Of a stretch of 64,000 nt of DNA, positions 27,857 to 37,085 are shown in pieces. Numbering within the stretch: the first letter of the stretch is position 1; each line of letters opens with the position of its first letter. The notes beneath the pieces were generated by a model. It searched no databases. It was not told where the DNA came from and saw only the letters and a list, made by a program, of their open reading frames with translations. The position numbers were made by a program, and so were the translations under genes. Origin of the DNA: an uncultured Candidatus Saccharibacteria bacterium (GTDB lineage: Bacteria; Patescibacteriota; Minisyncoccia; Phycocordibacterales; CAYSCM01); assembly GCA_964429815.1 (NCBI GenBank), contig CAYSCM010000001.1:384001-448000 (forward strand), given 5' to 3'.

Positions 27857-29026
27857 CTACTTAAGTTTGCTCCTACGGAGGAAGGAAGGTACCGCTCCCC
27901 AGTCGTCGTCCGCCTCGACTTCGGCGGCGACAGCCGGCTCACGTCTCTTTTCTTCAACAAGAGGCTCCGCAGCTTTTTCTTTTTTGGAAACGATGGGTGT
28001 ATTGAATATCTTGCCATCCTCTTCAGCCCGCCTGCCGATCGTAAAGAGAGAGGAACTGCGGTGGCCGGAACCCTCGGGGAAGCCGGTCGCGATGACCGTG
28101 ACCTTGAGCTCCCCTTTCTTGAGATTTTCGTCCTTGGTAGCGCCGAAGATGACCCTGGCATTGGGGTCGATTGATTCGGTGATGATTTTCGCGGCTTCCT
28201 GAACTTCAAGCATGCCGAGGTCGTCGGAACCGGCAACCGCAAAGAGGACCCCCTTGGCTCCCGTGACCGAGATCTCGAGGAGCGGCGAGTTGATGGCCAT
28301 GCGCGCGGCCTCCTCGGCGCGCTTGTCGCCGGTCGCGATGCCCACCCCCATGAGCGCGCTTCCAGCGTTTTCCATAATGGCGCGGATATCGGCAAAGTCG
28401 AGGTTGATGATGCCCGGGGTCGTGATGAGGTCGGAAATACCCTCGACGGCGAGCCGCAGGATGTCGTCGCACATCGCAAACGCGCTCTTCACGGTCGTAT
28501 TTTTGTCGACCACCGCGAGGAGGCGGTCATTGGGGATGACGATGAGAGCGTCAACCTCTTTTTTGAGCTCATCGATACCTCCCTCGGCGAGCCGCATGCG
28601 CTGCTGACCTTCGAAGGAGAAGGGTTTCGTGACGACGCCGACCGTAAGGGAGCCGGCCTCACGCGCCGCGCGCGCGACGACGGACGCCGCGCCGGTCCCG
28701 GTGCCGCCACCCATGCCGCAGGCGATAAAAATCATGTCGGCGTTTTTCACCGAGTCGAAAATTTCTTCCTTGGTCTCTTCCGCGGCGCGACGGCCTAGGT
28801 CGGGGTTCATGCCCGCGCCGAGGCCGCGGGTCAGGTTCTTGCCGATGTGGATTTTGCGCTTGGCTTGCGATTGGTGGAGATCCTGCGCGTCAGTGTTGAT
28901 GACCACGAACTCGACGCCGCGCATCTTCGAGCTGATCATGTGGTTTATGGCGTTTTTTCCCGAGCCGCCCACCCCGATGACCCTAATTCGCGCGAACGTT
29001 TCAACTTCAGGTCGGATTTGTTGCAT
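27857..29026 (-). CDS. ftsZ: Cell division protein FtsZ
   Basis: IRVIGVGGSGKNAINHM, NTDAQDL and the tubulin signature GGGTGTG. Start moved to MQQIRPEV. Confidence 0.9.
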   Translation of the reverse strand: MQQIRPEVETFARIRVIGVGGSGKNAINHMISSKMRGVEFVVINTDAQDLHQSQAKRKIHIGKNLTRGLGAGMNPDLGRRAAEETKEEIFDSVKNADMIFIACGMGGGTGTGAASVVARAAREAGSLTVGVVTKPFSFEGQQRMRLAEGGIDELKKEVDALIVIPNDRLLAVVDKNTTVKSAFAMCDDILRLAVEGISDLITTPGIINLDFADIRAIMENAGSALMGVGIATGDKRAEEAARMAINSPLLEISVTGAKGVLFAVAGSDDLGMLEVQEAAKIITESIDPNARVIFGATKDENLKKGELKVTVIATGFPEGSGHRSSSLFTIGRRAEEDGKIFNTPIVSKKEKAAEPLVEEKRREPAVAAEVEADDDWGAVPSFLRRSKLK

Positions 29027-29160
29027 GACGATACGTGAGCTGTTAGTAGCGCCATCATACCAGGCCGCTTTCAAAAGGGAACTTTGACAAAAAAGGGTTT
29101 ACGTATCCCAGTGGCTTATCGATGAAAACAAAAAACGCCCGTCCTTCGGGCGCTCTAGCG

Positions 29161-30327
29161 CTACGGCAAGAACTGAGAAAGGCTCCGCCAGAGGTCTTTG
29201 AAGAGCTCTTTGGCGCTGTGTGAGCCGACCTCCTCGCTTACGGTGAGCCCGGAGACAGCAAGGCCGTACGCGGTTGCCCAGGAAGCATCTTTGAGCTTTG
29301 AATTGATCCGGAAGCTCGGTAGGTAGAGGCGGGCGGGGAGCTTGAGGACGCTCTTCGCGGCGTCGACGATGCCGGTAATACCGGAGCCGCCTCCGGTGAT
29401 GATGGCACCCGCGGGGAGGAGCTGTGCCCGGCCGATTTTCTTCAAGTGGGTCTCGATGAGCCGGAATAGTTCAACGAGCCGCGAGGCAATGATGTCGTCA
29501 AGCTTTTTTTTCGGATACGTCGCGCCGATGATGGAGCCGATTTTTATCTGCTCCGCCTCAGGAAGAGAGATTTTGAGCCCAAGCGCGATCGCATGCGTGA
29601 TGTCGGAGGAACCGGTGGGGAAGATTTTCACCGACATCGGCAGCCCGTTCTCGTAGATAGCAATAGTCGTCGTCTCGGAACCGATGTTGATCAACACACA
29701 GCCCGCCTTTTTGTCTGCCTTGCCAAGCATCACGAGGCTCCCAGCCAAGGGGGAGGCGATGACGTCTTCCACCGAAACGCCCCCCTCCTCGACGGCGCTT
29801 ATGAGATCGTTGAGGTGCTGCTCAAGCATGGTCACCATGAGAACGTCGGTCTCGAGCTTGGTGCCCTTCATACCTTGGGGTTTCCCCATGACCGGAGCTC
29901 CGTCGAGGCGATAGGAGAGCGGGATGGTGTGGAGCACTTTGCGATTAACGAGCTTGTCTTTGGCCTTTCCCTCTGCGACCGCAAGCGCTTTTTCCAGGTC
30001 GAGGTCGGTCACCTCGTAGTCAGCCCGGGATATCACAACCTCGCCGCGGGAGGTCGCTTCGTCGACGCCCGCCCCTCCCGCGCAAATGTAGGCGCGGCGT
30101 ATCTTCATGCCGGAAGATTTTTCGGCCTGGCCGACAGCCGCGGCGATCGATTTTGTCGCTTCGGCGGCATTCACGATGTAGCCGTGCCGCAGTCCCCGGG
30201 TCTCAGAGGCGCCGATACCGATGATGGAGGGAAGCTGGCCCGGCTTATCCTCCTTGCTAATAGCCGCGACGACCACCTTTATGTAGGACGTTCCAATATC
30301 TATACCGACCGCGACTCGTTGCGCCAT
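29161..30327 (-). CDS. ftsA: Cell division protein FtsA
   Basis: Actin-like ATPase motifs (VGIDIGTSYIKVVV, IITGGGSGITG), located immediately upstream of ftsZ. Confidence 0.85.
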   Translation of the reverse strand: MAQRVAVGIDIGTSYIKVVVAAISKEDKPGQLPSIIGIGASETRGLRHGYIVNAAEATKSIAAAVGQAEKSSGMKIRRAYICAGGAGVDEATSRGEVVISRADYEVTDLDLEKALAVAEGKAKDKLVNRKVLHTIPLSYRLDGAPVMGKPQGMKGTKLETDVLMVTMLEQHLNDLISAVEEGGVSVEDVIASPLAGSLVMLGKADKKAGCVLINIGSETTTIAIYENGLPMSVKIFPTGSSDITHAIALGLKISLPEAEQIKIGSIIGATYPKKKLDDIIASRLVELFRLIETHLKKIGRAQLLPAGAIITGGGSGITGIVDAAKSVLKLPARLYLPSFRINSKLKDASWATAYGLAVSGLTVSEEVGSHSAKELFKDLWRSLSQFLP

Positions 30328-30353
30328 GAGAAATTTGCAAGGAGGAGAGGGGA

Positions 30354-30731
30354 TTAGAAAGAAATCCGCAGAAGCCGCCTCTCTTCGTCCTCCATTCTAG
30401 CGCCATGGGCGAGCCCCTTCAAATGGAGGAGTCCGTGGATAAAAAGGTGGGCGAGGTGTATGCGCGGCGTGTGCCCGTAGCGGGAGGCTTCTCGTTTGGC
30501 GACGGCCGGGGCGATGAGTATTTCTCCGGAAGTTTTCGCCATAGAAAACGAGAGGACATTGGCTGGTTTGTTTTTTCCCCGCAGGGAACGATTGAGACGT
30601 TGCGACTCTTTCGCCGAGACAAAGGCCAGTGAGAGCTCGTAGTTCGTGCCAAGCACCCGCTTTGCAAGTTCGGTAAAAGGCAAGCGGGGAAGCTTGCCTT
30701 TCGTCTTGTTTACTATGGAGAGTCGTGCCAT
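30354..30731 (-). CDS. ybeY: rRNA maturation RNase YbeY
   Basis: HLFIHGLLHLKGLAH zinc-binding motif, 125 aa. Confidence 0.8.
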   Translation of the reverse strand: MARLSIVNKTKGKLPRLPFTELAKRVLGTNYELSLAFVSAKESQRLNRSLRGKNKPANVLSFSMAKTSGEILIAPAVAKREASRYGHTPRIHLAHLFIHGLLHLKGLAHGARMEDEERRLLRISF

Positions 30732-30982
30732 TAGCGGCGCTCGGGCTTCAGCTCTACTTTGCCGAGCTTCACGAGCTCGTTGAATTTCTCACGGCGCTCG
30801 ATTTTTTTAAGAGCCTTCTTCTTGCGTACGTAGGGAGAAGTTGGGCGTGCGCGGTAGCGGATGGAGCGCACGCGCGGCAAAATACCGGAACTCTGCACCT
30901 TCTTGGTGAAACGGCGAATGACGCTCCCCGTCGATTCGGAGGGAGCGCGCGTCACTTCGGCATTTATGCCCGAAATCTTCAT
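30731..30982 (-). CDS. rpsU: 30S ribosomal protein S21
   Basis: VIRRFTKKVQSSGILPRVRSIRYRARPTSP...KKKALKKIERREK resembles S21. Start chosen at MKISGINAEV. Confidence 0.65.
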   Translation of the reverse strand: MKISGINAEVTRAPSESTGSVIRRFTKKVQSSGILPRVRSIRYRARPTSPYVRKKKALKKIERREKFNELVKLGKVELKPERR

Positions 30983-31024
30983 GCGGGGCATCCTACCATA
31001 GGGGTGTGACCCTTTCAACTAAAA

Positions 31025-31058
31025 AGCAACCCGCAGTTTTTGCTGCGGGTGCCGTTGT
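31025..31058 (-). terminator. Rho-independent terminator (minus strand) between the 300-nt spacer and rpsU
   Basis: Minus-strand sequence ggcacccgcagcaaaaactgcgggttgcttttt. Confidence 0.55.
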
Positions 31059-31365
31059 GGCCTACACTTCCTTCCTTAAGAGCTCTGAGCAGGCAGTGTA
31101 GGCGTCGTGTCGTCCTTGTAAACGACCGTCTCGGCACCCCAAACCATACGCCTTGTTAAATAGGCGAGTTAGACGTCTTGCCGCGGATCTGAGTGTCCCT
31201 GGGAGAAACTCAAAAACCACTTGCCTGCCTAAAGGATCGTCGGGATACGTTTCGATGCAGAAGATGCTATCCCTGAGTCGAAGGAAGTAATGAGGTCGGA
31301 GAGGCTTCATTTCTTGTCCTCACTTGTAACTTCTAAGACCCTACCAGTTTGGGAAATGGAGTCAA

Positions 31366-32529
31366 TCAGAGCACTTCTTTCTTGAGGTACACGGAGAGCT
31401 GCGGTAGCGGAATGATCTCCTGGGAGCGGGTCTCCATGTGACGGACGATAACGGTGCCGTCGAGCGCTTCCTTATGTCCCATGATGATGGTCCAGGGAAC
31501 GCGAAGCTTTTCCGCGGTAGTGAGCTGGGCAGAGAGCTTGTCGCGTCCCAGCGACTGCTCGAGCGGAATACGGCTCTCACGGAGCATATCAAGAACAGTG
31601 AAAGATTTACGCTTGGCCTCAGGGCCGACGTAGATGAAAAAGATTTTCGGCCTGCGGACCGGTCTTGTGGACACGGAAGCCGCCGAAAGAGCGCGCGCGG
31701 GGGCCTTGAAGGTGAAAACGACACCTATCGCGGGAATGGGCACCCGCAAGAGCCGCCGCGACACTTCGTCGTAGCGGCCCCCGCGCGCAATGCGGTCCGT
31801 GCCGGAGCTGCCGTAGCGTATCTCGAAAAGCGTATGGGTCGCGCTGTCGCGAGCGGAGACGAGGGAGGTATCAAGCTCGTAGGGGACGCTCATACTTTCG
31901 AGAAACTCGAGGATCTCGGAGAGGTGCCGGCGAGAGGGCTCGGAGAGGTAATCAATGGAGCGCGGCGCGCCGGAGCACGCCTCATGCCCCTTCTCGCGAA
32001 GCTCAGCGAGACAGTCGAAGCAATCGTCGCGGATGAGCGCGCGCGCCGCCGCGGGGAGCTCGTTGATATTTTTGCGCAAGTAGACTTGGAGCTCGCGGGC
32101 AAAGCGCGCTGCCGAATCGCGGTCGCCGACGCTGTTGAGACGGATAGATATGTTCTTGACCCCGAGTTCGTCGAGTATCGCAAGCGAGGCCTTCATAATG
32201 AGCGCTTCCGCGACGCTCTTACCGTTCCCCACTATGTCGAGGGATAGGCGTGTGGTATCGCGCTCGGCGCGAAGCGTATAGAGAAGGAGCGGGTTGGGGC
32301 TCTCCGTGCGAGGCAAATCCGAGAAATGGACGAGCGCAGCGAGAGCTTCCTGGGTAAGCGGGGCGAAACTGCGCGGCAAATCCTTGAGCGCGCGCACGCC
32401 GAACTCGCGCGTTTTCTTTTCGACGTCGTGGACGACCGCCTCGAGGGGGGAAAATCCGAAGTGCCGCGCGGCGAGGAGCGCGCGCTTCACGGACGCTGCC
32501 GAGGGAACTTCGAAAATGGTTTCTGGCAT
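31366..32529 (-). CDS. Histidyl-tRNA synthetase-like protein (HisS/HisZ family) with degenerate motif 2
   Basis: Class II aaRS HisRS-like fold. Motif 3 GGRYDEV is present. The motif-2 region is divergent (LYTLRAERDTTRLSLDIVG). The INSxG-like segment is ISIRLNSVGD. 387 aa, shorter than canonical HisRS. Confidence 0.55.
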   Translation of the reverse strand: MPETIFEVPSAASVKRALLAARHFGFSPLEAVVHDVEKKTREFGVRALKDLPRSFAPLTQEALAALVHFSDLPRTESPNPLLLYTLRAERDTTRLSLDIVGNGKSVAEALIMKASLAILDELGVKNISIRLNSVGDRDSAARFARELQVYLRKNINELPAAARALIRDDCFDCLAELREKGHEACSGAPRSIDYLSEPSRRHLSEILEFLESMSVPYELDTSLVSARDSATHTLFEIRYGSSGTDRIARGGRYDEVSRRLLRVPIPAIGVVFTFKAPARALSAASVSTRPVRRPKIFFIYVGPEAKRKSFTVLDMLRESRIPLEQSLGRDKLSAQLTTAEKLRVPWTIIMGHKEALDGTVIVRHMETRSQEIIPLPQLSVYLKKEVL

Positions 32530-32535
32530 CCCGAC

Positions 32536-33120
32536 TTAGAGTGATGGCGTCGGCGTGACTTTACCGGGAAGAAGTTCAATGGAGGAAAGAGGGAAGAGGC
32601 GTACCAGTGCGCGACCCACGAGGTCGCGTGCGGGAAGCGTTCCCCAGTAGCGAGAATCGGAACTTGCCTTGCGGTTGTCACCGAGAACGTAGTACTCGTT
32701 GGGACCGAGCGTGACGCTCAAGTGGTCATTGCTTTGACGCTCTGGCGCAATGAAAGACTGGTTGAAGGCGGCCCCTTCGGGGTGTTCCTTGTTCACGATG
32801 ACGATAGAAGAACCGTTTATCTTCAGCGTATCTCCGGGGAGCCCGATGATGCGTTTTATGAAAAATTTACTCCTGTCTTTTGGGTAGCGGAAAATAACCA
32901 CGTCGCCATACGCCGGCTGCCCCAGCCGGTAGGAGAGCTCGTCGACGATGAGGTAGTCGGCATTCTCGAAGGTCGGCTCCATAGAAGCGCCGGAGACGAT
33001 AAAGGGCTGCGCGATGAAAGTGCGGATAGGAGCCACGATAATGAACGCGAGCACCGCGAATTTGATGAGCTCCCAGAGAAAGTTTCCTTGCTGCTTCGGG
33101 ATCTCAACGAAAGGTTCCAT
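32536..33120 (-). CDS. lepB: Signal peptidase I
   Basis: SGASMEPTF catalytic Ser box, GDNRKASSDSRYWG box E. Confidence 0.85.
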   Translation of the reverse strand: MEPFVEIPKQQGNFLWELIKFAVLAFIIVAPIRTFIAQPFIVSGASMEPTFENADYLIVDELSYRLGQPAYGDVVIFRYPKDRSKFFIKRIIGLPGDTLKINGSSIVIVNKEHPEGAAFNQSFIAPERQSNDHLSVTLGPNEYYVLGDNRKASSDSRYWGTLPARDLVGRALVRLFPLSSIELLPGKVTPTPSL

Positions 33121-33217
33121 ACGACTTGGGCACCATTATAGGCGCGTGGCTTCGTTGACGCAATAGATTTTCTCGTGTCGTAGCGCGTCCGTGGCGATTT
33201 TTGGTACAATCGCACGC

Positions 33218-33808
33218 ATGCAGCCGATACTGGTGGGACTTGGAAATCCCGGGGAAGAGTACGAATCGACCCGTCACAACTCAGGGCGCGACTTTTGCGC
33301 GTACGTTTTGCGCAAGATGGGCGCGGGTGAGCCCGAGGCTCATAAAAAGAGCAACGCGCTCTTAGGTGAGACCAAGATCGGGAAGAAGAAGGTGCTCGTC
33401 GCCATGCCTCAAACGTACATGAACAGCTCTGGGAAGGCCGTGAAAGCGTTGGTGAAGAGTAAAAAGGCGGCCCAAAACCTCACCGTTGCCTACGATGACC
33501 TCGATTTACCGCTCGGCGCCATAAAAATATCCTATGGGCGCTCCTCGGGAGGGCATAACGGGGTGGATTCTATAATAAAGAGTCTCGGCACGAGGGAGTT
33601 TGTGCGCATCCGCATCGGCGTGTCGCCGGGAACTCCCTCCGGCAAAACAAAAAAGCCCTCCGGTGAGAAGGCCATACTCGACTTTTTAATGGGGAAGCGC
33701 CGCCCAATGGAAGAAGAAGTTCTTAAAAAAGTTTTCAAAAAGGCTCTCGAAGCTTTCGAGACAGTCGTTAACGAGGGCCGCGATGTCGCGATGAGCAGGT
33801 TCAATTAA
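33218..33808 (+). CDS. pth: Peptidyl-tRNA hydrolase
   Basis: LVGLGNPGEEYESTRHNSG N-terminal signature. Confidence 0.85.
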   Translation: MQPILVGLGNPGEEYESTRHNSGRDFCAYVLRKMGAGEPEAHKKSNALLGETKIGKKKVLVAMPQTYMNSSGKAVKALVKSKKAAQNLTVAYDDLDLPLGAIKISYGRSSGGHNGVDSIIKSLGTREFVRIRIGVSPGTPSGKTKKPSGEKAILDFLMGKRRPMEEEVLKKVFKKALEAFETVVNEGRDVAMSRFN

Positions 33809-33860
33809 GAATGAGAAAACCCGATTCGCGCTTGCGCGAATCGGGTTTCAGCAGACCAGC

Positions 33861-35000
33861 TTACTTCTTTCCAGCAAACGAGAGCGTCATACGATGCTCT
33901 TTCGGCTCGAATACGTTGATGGTGAAGGGGTAGGATTTGCCAAGCTCGAGCGCGGAACGCAATTCTGCCTCACTTTTGAACTCGGAGATGTGCACCAAGC
34001 CTGCAACACCCTCTTCAATAGAGGCGAGCGCGCCGTGCTTGTTGTACTTGATGATCACAGCGTTCACGGTTTGGCCCTTGGCATACTTCCCAGCTGCCTC
34101 AACCCACGGATTCTGCTTGAGCGCCTTGATGGAGAGAGAAATCTTTCCGTCCTTTATTTCGATGACTTTCACCTTCATCTTATCGCCGACACGGAAGAGC
34201 GCCTTCGGGTCTTCCACAAGACCCCAGTCAATTTCCGAAATATGCACGAGCCCCTCGAGGCCCTCTTCGAGCTTCACGAAGATGCCGAAGTCGACGGCGC
34301 CGGTCACCGTGCCCGTTACCTCATCGCCCACGCTGTAGCGGTCGATGAGCTTCGCTTTCTCTTTTTCGGCTTCACCTTTCTCGGAAAAGATAAGTTTTCC
34401 CTCCCGCGGGTCTGCGGTGATGATCATGACCGAGAGTTTCTCTCCGACGAGCTTTCGGAGTTCATCAAGAATCTTATCTTTGTCGGCATCCGGCACCCGT
34501 GGGTAGTGCTCGGCCTTGAGCTGGGAGGCGGGCAGGAACCCCGGGATGCCCTGCCACTCGAGAATGAGCCCGCCCTTGTTTGCCTCTTTGACCGGAAGCT
34601 CGAAGACTTTCTTTTCCTTGATGGCGCTGTCGGCCTCGCCCCAGATGACCGCTTGACGTGCCTCTTTGAGTGAGAGCTCGATATAGCCGTCTTTGTTTTC
34701 CGTCTCGACAACTTTCGCAGCGATCATGTCACCGGGGTTTACCTTGCGCAAAATCTCGCGCGCGTTCATGTACTCGCGTCCGTAAATGACGCCTGTGCCA
34801 AAAGGCGCGAGGTCTATGTAAATGCGAGCGCGGTCGATCGCGATGACGGGACCCTCGACGAGCTCGCCCACTTTCGGCGGCTCGTTGGTTTCGGCCAAGA
34901 GACGGCCCATGAGGCTCTCGTCTTTCTGTTTTTGCTCGGCCTGTGCGAGGAGTTCCTCCTCGGAAAGCTCGACCGGCGCTTTGGTTGCTGCTTCTGCCAT
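33861..35000 (-). CDS. rpsA: 30S ribosomal protein S1 (four S1 domains)
   Basis: Repeated S1 OB-fold motifs (GxV.G.V..I..FG.FV.L..G..GLVHISE) repeated four times. Confidence 0.8.
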   Translation of the reverse strand: MAEAATKAPVELSEEELLAQAEQKQKDESLMGRLLAETNEPPKVGELVEGPVIAIDRARIYIDLAPFGTGVIYGREYMNAREILRKVNPGDMIAAKVVETENKDGYIELSLKEARQAVIWGEADSAIKEKKVFELPVKEANKGGLILEWQGIPGFLPASQLKAEHYPRVPDADKDKILDELRKLVGEKLSVMIITADPREGKLIFSEKGEAEKEKAKLIDRYSVGDEVTGTVTGAVDFGIFVKLEEGLEGLVHISEIDWGLVEDPKALFRVGDKMKVKVIEIKDGKISLSIKALKQNPWVEAAGKYAKGQTVNAVIIKYNKHGALASIEEGVAGLVHISEFKSEAELRSALELGKSYPFTINVFEPKEHRMTLSFAGKK

Positions 35001-35298
35001 GTTTCTTAAAAATTAAAGGCCGCAGAGATTTCTCTCATGCGAGCCGTCCGCACAGTTTCTCCAGAATTCTCCCGTGACCGTCTCCGAAGGGGTTACTGCA
35101 CGCGCTCTAATAAGATATGTGACTTGTTTGCCCGGCATCGAAGATGCTTAGGGTTATCCGACGCCCGAAGGGCGTTTAGGATCCCGGCGCCCGGGCTCCC
35201 AGGACTATACACCAACGGGGGAAATAGAAAAGGCCCGTCCTTCCGTTTGCGCTGTAACGCAAACTTAGGACGGGCCCGCCCACCGCCATGGGACTCGG

Positions 35299-35433
35299 TC
35301 AAATCTCGGTACCGCCGTCACCGTTGGTGTGGCCGCCGATGAGCATGGAGCCGCCGTCGATATAGCCGAGGTCTTTCTCGATGCCGCCCCAGCCCTCGCT
35401 GATATCGTCGCCGATCGGTCTGAAGAACAACAT
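35299..35433 (-). CDS. Small Gly-rich peptide (44 aa) with its own SD and terminator
   Basis: Minus strand aaaggaggaagtc-ATG...TGA encodes MLFFRPIGDDISEGWGGIEKDLGYIDGGSMLIGGHTNGDGGTEI. Immediately downstream is the hairpin ggcccgtcc...ggacgggcc plus a T-run. Confidence 0.45.
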   Translation of the reverse strand: MLFFRPIGDDISEGWGGIEKDLGYIDGGSMLIGGHTNGDGGTEI

Positions 35434-36043
35434 GACTTCCTCCTTTCGTTTACGTAAGCGTAGCAATAAGGAGAAAAGCCCGCCACAGGGGGTGGCGGGC
35501 TTCCACTGATCAACGGGTACGTTTGTGACCGAATCGAGCCTCCCTGGTAGTTTGCTGCTGTGGGTATACAAAAGAAAGCCGCCCCGTCGCGCATTTGATT
35601 GCAGCTGACGGGGCGGGGGCTCGACGGCACATCCTCGGAGGATATGCGAGAGCGCGTTCATTTTTTCCCGCGCGTACGCGGAGTAAGACTCAGTAACTAT
35701 GTCAATCTCGGGCGAGGCATGTTTCATCCCCGCTTGCTAGCGTCGATTTGCGGACCGATTAAGACCCGTGCCGGGGCCTACTTCCGGCTGCGCCTACGTA
35801 GGCTTCATATCCCCTCTTTGGCGCCACGAGCGCGGTCGGGTGGCGGGCCTGCCCCCCAGACTTCTACCCGAATGGTAGCATATAGTTACTACATTGTCAA
35901 TGTACCCCTATGGAATCTATACGTCACCTAATTTGTCCACATTTTAAGCCATTTTTCAGATATTTTAAGCCGTGCATTCACCGGTTGTTTATGCTAGAAT
36001 GGCCCTACAAGCGGCATACGCTTTTTTCGTTAAACTACCCCTC

Positions 36044-36676
36044 ATGGTCATCAGCTACCACGGCGCAGAATTCATAAAAGCCTCCTTCGGCAACACGACG
36101 CTCGCCTTTAACCCTGTCTCGAAAGATTCTAAGCTCGCTAAAACCCGCTTCGGCGCCGATCTGGCGCTTGTTTCCCTCGACGATCCGGACATGAACGGCA
36201 TCGACCAGGTGACCCACGGGACGACGGTGCCCTTTCTCATCGACGGAGCAGGGGAATATGAAGTGAAGGGCGTTACGGTACGGGGCTATCCAAGCGTCTC
36301 CAAATACATGGGCGATGAGCGCCCCAACACCATTTACTTTGTCGAGCTCGAGGGGATGAACCTTTGCTTTCTTGGCGCGCTTGGCGATAAAAAACTCCCT
36401 GTCGAGGCGAAAGAGGGCAGTGCCTCCGTCGATATTCTCTTCGTCCCTATTGGGGGAGAGGGCGTGCTCACCCCGGCGGAAGCTGCGGAAGTAGCCGCCC
36501 AGATAGAACCCTCTCTCGTCATCCCCATCCACTTCGGCGACATCGGAAAAAGAGATGTCCTCAAAGCGTTCCTTAAAGAAGAGGGGGAAGAAGGACTCAA
36601 GCCGATCGATAAGCTCACCCTTAAAAAGAAAGACCTTGAAGGCAAGGAAGGAGAGGTCGTCGTACTTCAGGCATAA
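36044..36676 (+). CDS. MBL-fold metallo-hydrolase (UPF0173-like)
   Basis: Beta-lactamase-fold pattern. N-terminus MVISYHGAEFIKASFGNTTLAFNP resembles the MKITWLGHS-type start of that family. Confidence 0.55.
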   Translation: MVISYHGAEFIKASFGNTTLAFNPVSKDSKLAKTRFGADLALVSLDDPDMNGIDQVTHGTTVPFLIDGAGEYEVKGVTVRGYPSVSKYMGDERPNTIYFVELEGMNLCFLGALGDKKLPVEAKEGSASVDILFVPIGGEGVLTPAEAAEVAAQIEPSLVIPIHFGDIGKRDVLKAFLKEEGEEGLKPIDKLTLKKKDLEGKEGEVVVLQA

Positions 36677-36678
36677 CC

Positions 36679-37083
36679 ATGTTCGAGCTTATCGCGAGAC
36701 TGCAAAAGAAATCCGAGCACGAGCGTCAGGCGATCGCTTTTTGGGTCGCCGCAAGCGTGACCGGCGTCATCGCGCTTGGCTGGTTTGTCTCCGTCATGAC
36801 GCTCCGGAGTGCACCGGCGGCGAATACCGCAGCCTCGGATTCATCGCTTCCCGGTACCGGGCAACTTCAAAATATCGGGACATCCGCCGTGAATTTCTAC
36901 GAACAATTCAAACAAAATCTTGACCAGGTCCGCTCGGGCCTCTCGGGCCAGACTCAAACTGAAGGTAGCGTACAGCCGGCACCCCCAGGGGGGAGTGTCA
37001 CTGATACGACCTCATCAAATAACGAGCCCCCGCCCGCGCGAGCGCCCTCTCAGCCTATATGGGAGGGGAATGGAGGGCAATAA
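36679..37083 (+). CDS. Hypothetical membrane-anchored protein
   Basis: N-terminal TM ([21 protein letters not shown]) followed by a low-complexity tail. Confidence 0.4.
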   Translation: MFELIARLQKKSEHERQAIAFWVAASVTGVIALGWFVSVMTLRSAPAANTAASDSSLPGTGQLQNIGTSAVNFYEQFKQNLDQVRSGLSGQTQTEGSVQPAPPGGSVTDTTSSNNEPPPARAPSQPIWEGNGGQ

Positions 37084-37085
37084 CC

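Noticed and set aside
35440-35970. Possible tmRNA or SRP RNA in the structured non-coding block upstream of the small peptide gene
   Set aside because: A GGGGCGGGGGCTCGACGG segment superficially resembles a tmRNA 5' end, but it pairs with the immediately upstream gccgccccgtc as a local hairpin. No T-arm (GGUUCGAxUCC) plus CCA-proximal acceptor partner, and no SRP domain IV consensus (AGGUCCGGAAGGAAGCAGC), could be found on either strand.
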